NCBI GenBank assembly: GCA_963843375.1
Contig: CAWJKT010000004.1
Coordinates: 256,001 to 320,000, forward strand
Direction: 5' to 3'
Length of the DNA: 64,000 nucleotides
Source of the DNA: an uncultured Pseudomonadota bacterium
Lineage (GTDB): Bacteria; Oederibacteriota; Muellerivitia; Muellerivitales; Muellerivitaceae
Shown: piece by piece, positions 1 through 11,100 of the stretch
Numbering within the stretch: position 1 is the first letter of the stretch
Layout of the letters: each line of letters starts with the position of its first letter
Position numbers and translations under genes: made by a program
Notes under the pieces: model-generated
Told to the model about the DNA's origin: nothing
The model's input: the letters and a program-made list of their open reading frames with translations, nothing else
Databases searched by the model: none

Positions 1-573
1 ACGCCCACCCCCACGAGCTACACTTATACCTACGTGGACGAAGCTTTCAATCCTCAAGGCAATACTACCGATCCCCAGCTTGCGGACACCATCGCGGCTA
101 GTATTGGCCTCGTCGGCGAATATCCCTTGAGCGATCCTGTGACGGCTAACTGTCTTTATTGGGCGAGGTTCGAGGTGCCCAAACAGGGCGCTGGCGCCAT
201 GGCCACGACTGCGGTCCACGACATTACCGGGGAACGAACCGGCGACGTGAACGGCGACGGGTTCGTCTGGTCCATCCAGTCGACGGGTTACGTTTATAAA
301 AGATTGGATAAAAGAGTCGACATCTACGGCAACTGGATCGTCCCTTATAATTCAGCCCCCAACACCGTTGTGGCTAAGGCCGAATTTTCCACCGAGTTAA
401 GAAAATTAGGTTTGAACCTGCCCGTGCCCACACCCGGTCCTAGCGTTTATTCATCGGGGCTTTACGTATACAACGCGGGCCAGTGCGTTACCCTCACATC
501 CGGTGAAAGCCTCCTGGACGGGGCGGTGTCCCAAATCGATACCTTCGGAGTGATCGGGCTATCGAGCCCTTAG
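1..573 (+). CDS. 5'-truncated PilX/pilus-assembly-like protein (N-terminal/middle part)
   Basis: Frame 1 is open from base 1 (TPTPTSY...) to TAG at 571-573. The segment WSIQSTGYV...AKAEFSTELRK...GLYV resembles the STG-containing region of PilX-like proteins, and the gene sits upstream of two prepilin genes. Confidence 0.55.
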   Translation, partial: TPTPTSYTYTYVDEAFNPQGNTTDPQLADTIAASIGLVGEYPLSDPVTANCLYWARFEVPKQGAGAMATTAVHDITGERTGDVNGDGFVWSIQSTGYVYKRLDKRVDIYGNWIVPYNSAPNTVVAKAEFSTELRKLGLNLPVPTPGPSVYSSGLYVYNAGQCVTLTSGESLLDGAVSQIDTFGVIGLSSP

Positions 574-637
574 GGGGAACGAAGGGGGAAAGCAAAAGCC
601 GCGCGAAACGAGTTGAATTTTTCAAGGGGGTCGAGAG

Positions 638-2605
638 ATGAGGGTTCGGGTCAAAAAAATTTTTCGGAAGGTCTTTGCTTTGGGGTTCCTGAAGCCATGG
701 CTTCTCCTTGTCCTGGCCCTGTTTTTACTGACCCAAGTTTCCTATGCCGCTCCTACTTCCACTCCCAGCAAAACCCCGACCAGCACCATCACTGAAACCT
801 TCACGAAGACTGCGACCAGCACTATCACCCAAACCTTAACTCAGACCCCAACCAGCACTTACACGAATACCGCGACCAGTACCATCACCGAAACCTTAAC
901 GAAAACCGCGACCAACACTTTCACCAATACTGCGACCAGCACCATTACCCAAACCTTAACCCAAACCCCGACCAATACCCCTACGACTACCCCGACCAGC
1001 ACCATCACCGAAACCTTAACGAAAACCGCGACCAGTACCGCGACCAATACCATCACCCAAACCTTAACGCAAACCCCGACCAACACACCCTCGAATACCA
1101 CGACCAGCACCATCACCCAAACCTTAACGCAAACCCCGACCAATACCGCGACCAATACCATCACCCAAACATTGACGAAAACCGCGACCAGTACCGCGAC
1201 CAATACAATCACCCAAACTTTAACGCAAACCCCGACCAACACACCCTCGAATACCACGACCAGCACCATCACCCAAACCTTAACGCAAACCCCGACCAAT
1301 ACCGCGACCAATACCATCACCCAAACATTGACGAAAACCGCGACTAGTACGACCACTCCCACTTTCACCTATACTCCAACCCTCACCCAAACCAATAGTG
1401 TGACGAGTTCACCGACCTATACAGCCACCCCAACGGCAACTAATACCATCACCCAAACCTTAACGAAAACTCAGACCAATAGCCCGACCTATACCACCAC
1501 AAGAACGGCAACCTTTACCATCACTGAAACTTTAACTACTACCGCGACCAATTCCCCGACCCCGACTAAGACCTTTACCGCGACCAATTCCCCGACCTTG
1601 ACTAAGACCTTTACCACGACCAATACCCCCACTAAAACGGCTTCTTACACCACCACCTTTACTCAGACCAAAACAGACACCAATTCCCCGACCGTTACCC
1701 TGACCTTTACCACCACCAAAACTACGACAGCAACCCCGTCCTTTACCCCCAGCGGGACACCTACCAATACCCCATGTTTCGTTATTCTTCACGGGATCGA
1801 AGTCCTCTGCACCAATACGCCCGGGATACCCACAAATACCTTTACTCCCTACATTACCCCCACCCCCACCATTACCAATACTTTCACCAATACCTATACC
1901 TTCACCAATTCCCCGACCATCACCAATACCCCCACTCCCTGTTACGTCACCAATAGCGGTGGGGCGACGGTTCTTTGTTCCTGCGATGAGCCCCAAAACG
2001 CTAATGCGGGCGACTTCCAGGGTGGGGTCACCTGCTTCAACGGTCCCGCCTCTCTCCTGACTTCGGAAAGCGTCTTCGGGATGAACCTGGCCGACGTCAA
2101 AAATGTCGCCGACTATATCGGCAGTTCCTCCAATGGGACCTCCATTGTCCTGGATATCACCTCCGATTGGAAACTCTCCTATTTCGATGGACCGGTCACC
2201 TATGGCCCTGATCAGCCCTTTCCCTATACCACCTTGGGCGCTCCCAAAACCGACACCACCCCGCAGACAAGCGGCTTCGGTATCCTGGTTGTCAACGGCG
2301 ACTTGACCTTGCAGGAAGGCAGCGGAAGCACCCTACCCAGTTCCTGGGGCGGTGTGATTTATTGCACTGGTAACCTAACCGTGGGGGGCGGGTGCGTCAT
2401 CACCGGGGCGGTCATCATGGGAATTCCCGATTCCAACGCGGCGGACGGCAACTACGGAACCATCACCCTTACCGGAAGCGCGGGTAATTTCGGACAGGTT
2501 ATCTATAGCCCCACCCTGGTGACGACGGCCGAGGAACTGGTGGGCGTTTACCGGGAAGATATCAGTGAAACGAAAAAGCTGCTGGCGATTCCCTTTTCCC
2601 AATAA
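638..2605 (+). CDS. Secreted protein: signal peptide + Thr-rich mucin-like stalk + PilX-C-terminal-like beta-solenoid
   Basis: Basic/hydrophobic signal peptide ending VSYA-AP, about 390 aa of T/P/N/S repeats, and C-terminal GILVVNGDLTL..GVIYCTGNLTV..ITGAVI..VIYSP motifs typical of PilX-like C-termini. Confidence 0.7.
   Translation: MRVRVKKIFRKVFALGFLKPWLLLVLALFLLTQVSYAAPTSTPSKTPTSTITETFTKTATSTITQTLTQTPTSTYTNTATSTITETLTKTATNTFTNTATSTITQTLTQTPTNTPTTTPTSTITETLTKTATSTATNTITQTLTQTPTNTPSNTTTSTITQTLTQTPTNTATNTITQTLTKTATSTATNTITQTLTQTPTNTPSNTTTSTITQTLTQTPTNTATNTITQTLTKTATSTTTPTFTYTPTLTQTNSVTSSPTYTATPTATNTITQTLTKTQTNSPTYTTTRTATFTITETLTTTATNSPTPTKTFTATNSPTLTKTFTTTNTPTKTASYTTTFTQTKTDTNSPTVTLTFTTTKTTTATPSFTPSGTPTNTPCFVILHGIEVLCTNTPGIPTNTFTPYITPTPTITNTFTNTYTFTNSPTITNTPTPCYVTNSGGATVLCSCDEPQNANAGDFQGGVTCFNGPASLLTSESVFGMNLADVKNVADYIGSSSNGTSIVLDITSDWKLSYFDGPVTYGPDQPFPYTTLGAPKTDTTPQTSGFGILVVNGDLTLQEGSGSTLPSSWGGVIYCTGNLTVGGGCVITGAVIMGIPDSNAADGNYGTITLTGSAGNFGQVIYSPTLVTTAEELVGVYREDISETKKLLAIPFSQ
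1021..1332 (+). repeat. Two near-identical 156-bp tandem repeats (52 aa) in the Thr-rich stalk
   Basis: gaaaaccgcgaccagtaccgcgacc... starts at 1021 and 1177, with a partial third copy at 1333. About two synonymous differences between copies. Confidence 0.9.
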
Positions 2606-2628
2606 GGAAAGCCGAAGGGTCTAAACAA

Positions 2629-5600
2629 ATGAGCGTGAAAAAACTTTCCCAAGCCGGGTTCAATCTGGTGGAACTGATGATCGCCGTGGGCATTCTTGCG
2701 GGGCTCTCTTCCGCCGTAATGATGGCCCGGTCCTACATGGCCAAACAAACGGTCAGCACCAACGACAAGGCTTATGCCACCCAAAAAGCCATCCAAATGT
2801 TCGAGGAACTCAAGGCCCTGGTGAATGGCAGCGAGAACTCGGTTAATGTTTTGGACAACTACAGCGACGGAACCAATTACAACCCCATTCTCACCACCGA
2901 TACCACCGTGAACAATGGCGTCACCGCCAACGCGGGGAACGCCTTGAGCGGAAACAAGCCCACACAAGGCGGCGCCTGGCGCTACCTACGGCAGATCCAG
3001 GTCAACCATGTGGCCAACGACGCCTACACCCGCCAGATCATCATCAAAGTTTGGCTCTACCAGTCGGACGCCAATCCCACCCTGCCCGGTACGCTCCTGT
3101 CCGAAATCGGGGGCAACCTGAGGACCATCGCCAGCACTTTCCCCCCCACACAGGTCATGGATGTTTACGTGCTGGCCATCAATAACATCGCCGGATGGTG
3201 GGCCCATGAGCCGGTCCTTTACCAGACCTTCCAAAGCATCATCAACGATATCCAAGGCCGGAACCCGGGGTTTGCCATCCGGCCCCACTATATCACTCGC
3301 ACTTCCTATGGGCGCGACAGCCAATACTTGCCTTACATCAATATTTATCCCTATAACACCGACGGAAATAACGACGCCACCGGCTCTCTCGTCACCACCT
3401 CCACCACGATCGGAAATATGCCTTTCGTTTACATGTATCCCGGCTATACCTACGAGGACGCCGCCGATGGCAGCGTGAGCGACTGCTTTTACGATCCGGG
3501 GCAGTCTCAGGACATCCCCCTGGGGGTTTGCCTGGACGGGAATTTCGACGTGGGGGGTTCCTACGACGATACCAGCCTGCAATTCACCAACTGTCCCAAT
3601 TACACCGTGGCGGACATGTATAACAACAGCATGCGTTACCCCGACGAACTGGCCATGTACCAGGCCGTCACCTCGGCCGCCTCCAGTGCCGTCCCCGCCG
3701 TCCCCGCCCAGGATTCGGTCACTGAAATCAGCTGGCGCATGTTGATGGAAGGAATGCTGGACGAACCCCAATCCTTCACCAACGCCCTCATCGTCAACCT
3801 TCACGGCGAACTTTGTCCCCTTCCGCCCATGCGTAATTATTCGGACCCCGCCAAGGACCCTGGCAGCCTGGACAACGCCAACGACACTAACATCCGAGTC
3901 GTCACCCACCCGCAAATGCTCTATTACCCCGGCAATTCAACAACCAGCGCAAATGTTGGGGTCACCCTCAATGTTTACGCCTATTACGACGGAATGGACG
4001 CCGCAGTCTCCCTGGACAGCCTCTACTCCCCGGTCAACGATCCTAAAACCAACATCAGTCTGTTCTTTCCCGACCTCAATACCGGCGCCAGCATCTTGGG
4101 GGTGACCGCCATCATCGGCAATTCGAGCCAGGCCTCGACTGTGGCTCCCGCCACGGGCCCCGTCACCTATCAATATGACGCCTTCACCATTCCAACCGGA
4201 GGATCGGGCAGCACACCTGGTATTTATAATGGAAGCCTTGCGGACGGAACCAACATCACGGGTCAGGGTCCCGTGAGCGTTGGCGTCAGTTACGTGGGGG
4301 CCAATAAGCAAATGCTCATCACCCTTTACAATACCCGTTTGCGCTGTCCTAGCGGACCCTCCACGTCGGTCGCGGCGAATGGCGCCACAATTGGCGGTTT
4401 GAACATCTTTGACCGTTTATACGGCTTGGAATATATCCCCTGCAGCCCAGACATGAGTTCCCTGACCAGTCCCGTTACTTTTACCAAGCAGGATTTGACC
4501 GATCCCGCTGCAAACGGAACGCCCAAAAATACCGCCCGTTGGCTGGTCAGCCTTTCCGTGCCTGTCACCTCAGGATTCCCCTTTGTCACCGCTGCCACCC
4601 CCTTAACGATCCAAAACGCAAGCGGCATACCCCAGATTTATGACAAACCCGTCACTTTCATTGGGCAACACACTATTGAGACCCGCATCGGCGCTGCGGT
4701 GACTTCCAACGGAGCCCCCAGCAACCTTTCCCGCACTTACCTATGGACCGGCTGGTCGGCCGTTGCGGACGAGGGATCGTCCTATGTCACCACGGGAACA
4801 TTCCCCCCGACCACCGAACAATACCAATTCCTGGGCGACCCTCGGCATGAACCTTACCTGGACGTCAAAGTCGGTGGCATCAATAACGGTCAAGCCGTCG
4901 TCATCCAGAAAAATGGCTACAACTGGTATTTCAAGGATGGGGCGAGGCCCACGACGGGCGTGCCGGTCGCCAACTCGGTGGGGATGAACAATGACGGTTA
5001 TGTCAGTTTCGGAATCGCGGGGGACACCAGCGGATCACTGCAAAACGGCCCCGGCACCCGGTATGGGGGCTGGTGGGGCGCCGATGGCAATTTCGTGGAC
5101 CTCCCCCGGTTCCACTCCATGGTCATGAATGGCCTTTTAAACGCCACCGGGGTCTGGACCACCATGAACGGTTGGACCTATTACTATTATGGAATGGGGG
5201 GAGAATTTGGGAGCGACCAGCCGCCCTTCCAGAATGGCATCACTATTAATGCATCCCTTTACAGCACCACGGCCAACGCCGCCGTCGACTACGTTTCTGA
5301 GATCATTCCATATACCGATGGGGGCGCGGCCTCTATCACCTCCTTGCACCTGCCCGCCAATACCCAACAAACCTGGTACGCGAAGACTTGGCTGGGGGAA
5401 CTTTATCCCGACAGCATGTACACCGCTTGGAGTTTTTACGGAAACCTTCCCTCGGCAAATATCGGGGGGCCTTCGAAGTTCACTTTTTACCGGGAGGATT
5501 TTGGAAGCATCCCCACCACCCTTTACAGCGGAACCGTGACTGTTTCCTACGGCAACGGAAATTCCCTGACCGGGTTTGGGCGCCAAGTCACCAACCGTGC

Positions 5601-6663
5601 CGGCGCGAACGGCTGTTCGTCTTTCTATAACGGTTCTGCCAACGGCTCCGGAACGGATAATACCTTTAACCATGAAGGGACGGGTGACACGGATTCCACC
5701 ACCAGCATGGCCGCTTCCTGTTTCAACATTTTTCAATATCCCCTTCCGGTGGAAGTAGTCAACTCATCCGGGCGTCCTTGGGCGTTGAATCAAGGGAACT
5801 ACCCTCCCCAATGGAATATCGCCCCCTATTCCACCCATAACACGCTGACCGTTCCAGAGGTCAACGGGACGTCACGCGTTTTTTATACCACCTCCGCGGG
5901 TTCACCCTGGACTGGCACGGGTGTGGTCCAGATCACGAATCCCAACGGCCTCGCCAATGGAGAGCCCGTCACCCAGGTCGCCTATGTGGTGGAATCGGGA
6001 TTGTCCATTTCCGCCCAAGTGGGGACCTCCGATCTGGGTGAAACGGCATTGGTGGCCCTACTCAGGACCTTTTTGGACGGGGGAAATTACGCGAGCCCCG
6101 GCCATATCACCCAAGTTCCCCTAATCGAATGTTATGTCGACAGCCCCACCAACCAGTATTACCAGCCCTCCGTTATCAACGTGATCGTGGATGGGGCTGT
6201 GACGACGGGGACCGCCACTTCGGTCACTCTCGTCGGCGGCGCTGTTACAACGCTCAGTACCGGGCCCACCAACAACATTTGGTACCGTTATCCGGGGCTC
6301 ACGTCCAGCACCGCCAATTTTTACACCGAGGAATATCCCGGTTATCCCACCCTTGCCAGCAGTACCTATGTCGAAACCGGCGGTAGCGGCACAACTCCCA
6401 TCAATCTGGACATGAACTTCAAGTATTCCACGGACAGCGGGAATACATGGTTGTTCATGAATAATAACGGACCAGCCACCTTCGGTGTCTTGGATTCCAG
6501 CGCCGACGGCAATTTGTACACCAGTAATAGTTTTCCCTACAGTTTCGCCTGGAACGTGAATAGCTTCCCCCAGGGGAATTATGAAATCATGGTGGAAGCT
6601 TACCGGCAAAATATGCCCCTGGATTACGCCTACCATATTCTTACGGTCACAATCGACCAATGA
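2629..6663 (+). CDS. Giant prepilin-type N-terminal cleavage/methylation protein (PilV-like, 1344 aa)
   Basis: Class III signal peptide KKLSQAG|FNLVELMIAVGILAGL with E5, followed by about 1200 aa of extracellular-like sequence ending in an Ig-like segment (AWNVNSFPQGNYEIMVEAY). Confidence 0.85.
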   Translation: MSVKKLSQAGFNLVELMIAVGILAGLSSAVMMARSYMAKQTVSTNDKAYATQKAIQMFEELKALVNGSENSVNVLDNYSDGTNYNPILTTDTTVNNGVTANAGNALSGNKPTQGGAWRYLRQIQVNHVANDAYTRQIIIKVWLYQSDANPTLPGTLLSEIGGNLRTIASTFPPTQVMDVYVLAINNIAGWWAHEPVLYQTFQSIINDIQGRNPGFAIRPHYITRTSYGRDSQYLPYINIYPYNTDGNNDATGSLVTTSTTIGNMPFVYMYPGYTYEDAADGSVSDCFYDPGQSQDIPLGVCLDGNFDVGGSYDDTSLQFTNCPNYTVADMYNNSMRYPDELAMYQAVTSAASSAVPAVPAQDSVTEISWRMLMEGMLDEPQSFTNALIVNLHGELCPLPPMRNYSDPAKDPGSLDNANDTNIRVVTHPQMLYYPGNSTTSANVGVTLNVYAYYDGMDAAVSLDSLYSPVNDPKTNISLFFPDLNTGASILGVTAIIGNSSQASTVAPATGPVTYQYDAFTIPTGGSGSTPGIYNGSLADGTNITGQGPVSVGVSYVGANKQMLITLYNTRLRCPSGPSTSVAANGATIGGLNIFDRLYGLEYIPCSPDMSSLTSPVTFTKQDLTDPAANGTPKNTARWLVSLSVPVTSGFPFVTAATPLTIQNASGIPQIYDKPVTFIGQHTIETRIGAAVTSNGAPSNLSRTYLWTGWSAVADEGSSYVTTGTFPPTTEQYQFLGDPRHEPYLDVKVGGINNGQAVVIQKNGYNWYFKDGARPTTGVPVANSVGMNNDGYVSFGIAGDTSGSLQNGPGTRYGGWWGADGNFVDLPRFHSMVMNGLLNATGVWTTMNGWTYYYYGMGGEFGSDQPPFQNGITINASLYSTTANAAVDYVSEIIPYTDGGAASITSLHLPANTQQTWYAKTWLGELYPDSMYTAWSFYGNLPSANIGGPSKFTFYREDFGSIPTTLYSGTVTVSYGNGNSLTGFGRQVTNRAGANGCSSFYNGSANGSGTDNTFNHEGTGDTDSTTSMAASCFNIFQYPLPVEVVNSSGRPWALNQGNYPPQWNIAPYSTHNTLTVPEVNGTSRVFYTTSAGSPWTGTGVVQITNPNGLANGEPVTQVAYVVESGLSISAQVGTSDLGETALVALLRTFLDGGNYASPGHITQVPLIECYVDSPTNQYYQPSVINVIVDGAVTTGTATSVTLVGGAVTTLSTGPTNNIWYRYPGLTSSTANFYTEEYPGYPTLASSTYVETGGSGTTPINLDMNFKYSTDSGNTWLFMNNNGPATFGVLDSSADGNLYTSNSFPYSFAWNVNSFPQGNYEIMVEAYRQNMPLDYAYHILTVTIDQ

Positions 6664-7856
6664 GGCCCGGCATGGAACAACCCTTTAACCTCTACTCGCC
6701 CCCTAGGAGCCACTCCCAGCATTCCAATGAGAAAGGATTTACCCTGATCGAGCTAATGATCGTGACGGCTTTGATCGCTATTATCACCCCGGCGATTACC
6801 TATCTTTTCAGCAAGGTCAGTCAAGGCATGGCCGCCGATGAAATGCATCTCCAACTGCAAGCTTTGAACGAACAGACCATGTTGCGCATGCACGAAAAGC
6901 TGATCACCGGCCGCCACCTATTCCAAAATGATTCCTCGGGTGCTTCCTTTTTAGGGGCTGTGACCGCGGGCATGTCGGCCAACACTCTCGCTCAATATCC
7001 GATTCTTCCCGGAACCAAACTGGCCACGGACTTTCCGGCCAGCATCACCACCTCCTTTTCCCCATCCACTGTGGTCGCGCCTTATTTCGGCAACAGTATC
7101 CTGGTCGGGGGCTACGATACGCCCCAGACATTCGGTACCTTGATTTATAACGCCCCAGCCACGGCCTACTACACCACGACCGGCAACAGCTATGTGACTT
7201 ACGGGGCCGCCAATGGGAGCGGGCCAGCCACACAGATCATTGACCTTTACCGTTTTACCTACTATTACTTGACCGCCAATAACCCCAGAGGCCTGCGCAA
7301 CACGGCCAGTTATGGGCTGGTGGAATGGCAGAGTGTCCAATATGCGGACTATAACGAGATCAATGAATTGTTGTCCATTGATCCGGTTCTTTGCTCAAAT
7401 GTCATCACCTGGCTGGAAACCCCCGGCAACGTCTCGCCCAATGACCCCACCTACGCGGTCACTTGGGCCTGGGATCCTACTCAATACAGCCCTGCGCCCA
7501 CTTCCACGACGGCCGGTTTTTACACCTTCAGCGGCGGCGTAGCCAGTCCGGTCTGGCCCGTGGCCATCCAGGAAGGCTATGTCACCTATCTGACCCATGT
7601 TTCCTCCGGGCTTTTGAGCAACGGCTTTTTTTATGGGATCAGCCCCAACAGTTCCATTTGGCAAGGCGTCCCGAAAGCGGTCCCTGAATACGCAAATGCG
7701 TCCGGAAGTTTCCCCGGTGGGTTCGAAACGGGGATATCCGGAAACGCCGCCGGAACAGAAGTGATGATCCGGTCTCTCCTTGTGGCTCAGGGCGCCGCTC
7801 CCCGGGTTGTCTGGAACGATCAGACGATGGTCAACAACGTCCGAGATGTTTGGTAA
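6660..7856 (+). CDS. Prepilin-type minor pilin (PilW/GspJ-like)
   Basis: NEKG|FTLIELMIVTALIAII motif. ATGA overlap with the upstream stop; alternative ATG at 6672. Confidence 0.85.
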   Translation: MRPGMEQPFNLYSPPRSHSQHSNEKGFTLIELMIVTALIAIITPAITYLFSKVSQGMAADEMHLQLQALNEQTMLRMHEKLITGRHLFQNDSSGASFLGAVTAGMSANTLAQYPILPGTKLATDFPASITTSFSPSTVVAPYFGNSILVGGYDTPQTFGTLIYNAPATAYYTTTGNSYVTYGAANGSGPATQIIDLYRFTYYYLTANNPRGLRNTASYGLVEWQSVQYADYNEINELLSIDPVLCSNVITWLETPGNVSPNDPTYAVTWAWDPTQYSPAPTSTTAGFYTFSGGVASPVWPVAIQEGYVTYLTHVSSGLLSNGFFYGISPNSSIWQGVPKAVPEYANASGSFPGGFETGISGNAAGTEVMIRSLLVAQGAAPRVVWNDQTMVNNVRDVW

Positions 7857-8155
7857 GGGGGAAGTGAAAACTCCAAAAGAAAGTTGAAAAAATAGCTGTA
7901 AAACCATGAATGGTTGGAAGTTGTTCATCTCTGGGCTTGTTACTTGAAAGTAACGGCCAAAATCAAATAATCGGATGGCGATAATGCTTTGGTTTCGGGT
8001 GAACAGCCTGAGATTGGGCATTGGCCCCTCTCGTCCCGGCTAGGGCTGGACCCCGCGCTAATTAATATATTAAAGATAAAATCTACATACGAAGGGCGCA
8101 CCACGCGCAAAACCCTTTTCTTGATTACCCTTAAAAATAAGGATATTCTTAACCG

Positions 8156-11100
8156 ATGGATTCAAAACTAATGGAAAAACTTCTCCTCAATCCTAACCGT
8201 TTAACCTTCTTTTCTATCTTTACGCTGTTAGCTTTCCTTCTGTTTCCTTTTCAAGCCTTAGCTACCGATACTTTTAATTTTGTGGTTCCTCCCACCTCTG
8301 CTTATGCGGGAGTGACCTATCAGGTAAACAGCGCGGTGACCTTCAACGTCCAGGCTCTGAACGGCGCGTCTGTGGATAATTCGTTCAACGACGTGGTGAC
8401 GGTGGGGCTCTACAACACCGCCACGAGCCAGTTGGCCGATCCCCAGGCTGTTTTTGTCCCTAGTGGTTATGCGCCCGTCGTCGGTGCGACCGCTCCCATG
8501 ACATTCCAAAATGGCCTTTTGAATTTCGGCGTCACCCTGACCGCCGGGTGCAATTCCATGCAGGTCAGCATCCAGGACGCCTCCGTCACCGCCTCTACCG
8601 CCACTTATCCCGGAGCTATCGGGAACACCTCGGGACCGGGATACGTGGTGGAGGGCTTTTTCCAATCCTATTTTCTCGCAGCCTCGAGTGGAACTACCAT
8701 CCCCGCCCAATATCCACCCAACACGGATCTGCTCCTGACCAGCCCGGTGACCAATTCCAATTACGCGGTAACCGTCATCTCGGGCAGCAGCGTCACCAAT
8801 TCTCTTTGTTTCGCCGTGACAGGGGTGACAGGGGGATATGCGGGGTTGAACGCTGGGGTAGCGGCACATTTTGAGGCTTTCAAGGACGTAAACGCCACCG
8901 CCGCAGTCAGCTATGAAGTGATACTGGATTACAACGGCACCCTGGCGGATTACAACAACCCGGACCTAACCCCGGGGGACCCCAACGAAGACACGGTTTA
9001 TTTCGGGTCAGTTCCCAACATCGCGGAAAGTTATAGCCTCGTCTCCGGATTTTCCTCTACTACTGGTGCTGCCCCCGCCACCTACATGAACAACGGCCAG
9101 GTGATCGTGCGCTTTTGGACCAGCGCCCCAGTCACCAACACGGTCAACCTCCAATGGTCCTCCAACGAGGGTATTCTTTCCTATATCAACGTTCCTTATT
9201 CCAATAGCAACGTCCAACCGGTGACGGCCGGCATGAGCCCCTCCATCATCGAGGACAGCGTCTCCACCCCCGTGACCTACACCATCAACAACCAATATTC
9301 CCTGCCCATCACTTACCTGACCATTCAAATACCCACGAACAATCCCTCGGGTTCAGGAACACCCTTTAGCGTCAGCGTGCCCAGCTCCGTTCCCGGCCTT
9401 CCCGGCAGCAGCCTGGGCGTTTCCCAAGCCACCAACACAACCACCGGGGCCATCACATTGATTTCCGCTTCGAACCCGATCACTGTCAACCAAGTGGTTC
9501 AGATTCCTTTAACCATCACCTGTTCTAGTCAAACCAACAGCGCCTGGGACTTTCCCCTCCTGTCGGTTTTGTCCAACACGGGCCTAGCCGTGCCCTCTGT
9601 TTCGGGCGGGGCGGTCATTGCCTCCGAGGCCCCGCCTCCGGCGCCTTCGTCCTTTACGGCTTCGGTGATCCCCTACATCAACAGCGGCGGGGGAAGCGTG
9701 AGTCTCAACTGGAGCCAGGTGACGGCCCAGACCAACCTGGGTTACGTCCTCAGCCGCAGTCCAACCCCTGCGACAGGGGCCTTTTCTGCTTCCGTCACAC
9801 TTCCCAACGGAACAATTGTCCCCAACGCGGTGACCTTCACCCCCAATACCACCCTGGGTTACATTGACTCTGCGGTGACCAACCTGACGGCTTACACCTA
9901 CAATCTTACGGCTTATAACGCAGTGGCCCAATCGACGCCGGTCACTACCGCCTCCGCCACGCCTTACGCCAATCCCGGACCGCCCTCCAGTGTTCAAGCC
10001 TTGACCGGAGGAACCACTATTGAACTCAATTGGGCGACACCTGTTGCCGTGCCTGGCTCTTATCCCGTGACGGGATACCAAATTTACCGGGGAACCTCTT
10101 CGGGGGGGAAAGCGGGACTCCCATCGCCCAAGTGGGGCTAGTGACCACTTTCAAGGATACGACCGTCAGTGCGGGGACGAATTATTATTATTATCTTTCC
10201 AGCATGGACAATCTTTACAGCGGTGGAGCGCCACTGGGCGCCCACGACAGCGGGCCTTCTTCTGAAGTCTCCGGTTATCCCAACGGCTGGCCCCCCACGG
10301 GACTCATCTCCAACCTGGTTTCACCCAGCCCGGCCACCATCGGTCTGAGTTGGACGGCACCTAGTTCAACACTGGTTTTGAACCAACCGATAGAGAATTA
10401 TCTGATTTATAAGGCACTGGCCCCTGGTGCCCCGGTTTATTATGCTTCGGTCGGCAGCAATGCCACGACCTTCGCGGATAGCACGGGCTTAGTGCAGGGC
10501 GACAGTTATATCTATCAAGTGGCGGCGATAGACAGCCAAGGGGTGACCTCCAACCTTTCAGGACCTGTCACTGAATCGGACGGGGCCTCGGCTCCCACGG
10601 GCCTCACCGCATCCCCCTCCGGAAGCGGCATCACTCTTACTTGGTCGGCCAACCCGGTAGCCCAAGGGGTCACCCAATACGGGGTCTACCAAAACGGAGT
10701 TTCCATTGGAAGTACGGCTGGTGTCAGTTTTCTGGTTTCGGCCGCGACCGCCGTCCAGGGCCAAAATGATATCTATACTTTGAACGCAATCGCACAAGGA
10801 TTTACGTCGCTTTTTTCAGCCCCCGTCACCTCGGCCCTGTTTCCGGTGGGGGAAACAGGCTTTACGGTGGCCTCGGCCTTGAACCCCAATACAACTGTCA
10901 ACCTTAGCTGGGCGACACTGATTGCGGGCAACGCCAACGCGACCGGTTACAATATTTATCGCAACCCTACAAGCAACAGCTACCCCTCAGGGGCCGTGGC
11001 CGTGACTCTGGGTATGGCCGTGACGGCGGCGGGGAACCCGGTGACTTCACTTCAGGACCTGGGACTCTCAGCGGGGACCACTTATTTTTATTTCCTCCAG

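Noticed and set aside
571..795. TAG read-through or recoding joining ORF 1-573 to the in-frame 613-795 ORF
   Set aside because: The read-through peptide resembles nothing and overlaps a convincing signal-peptide gene in another frame. Other TAG stops in the window are normal gene ends.
859..1368. Val-rich antisense ORF (and similar ORFs at 57022-58191)
   Set aside because: Mirror images of Thr (ACN) codon repeats on the coding strand.
760..1950. Possible CRISPR-like or non-coding repeat array
   Set aside because: The repeats are in-frame coding units without unique spacers, and no cas genes are present.
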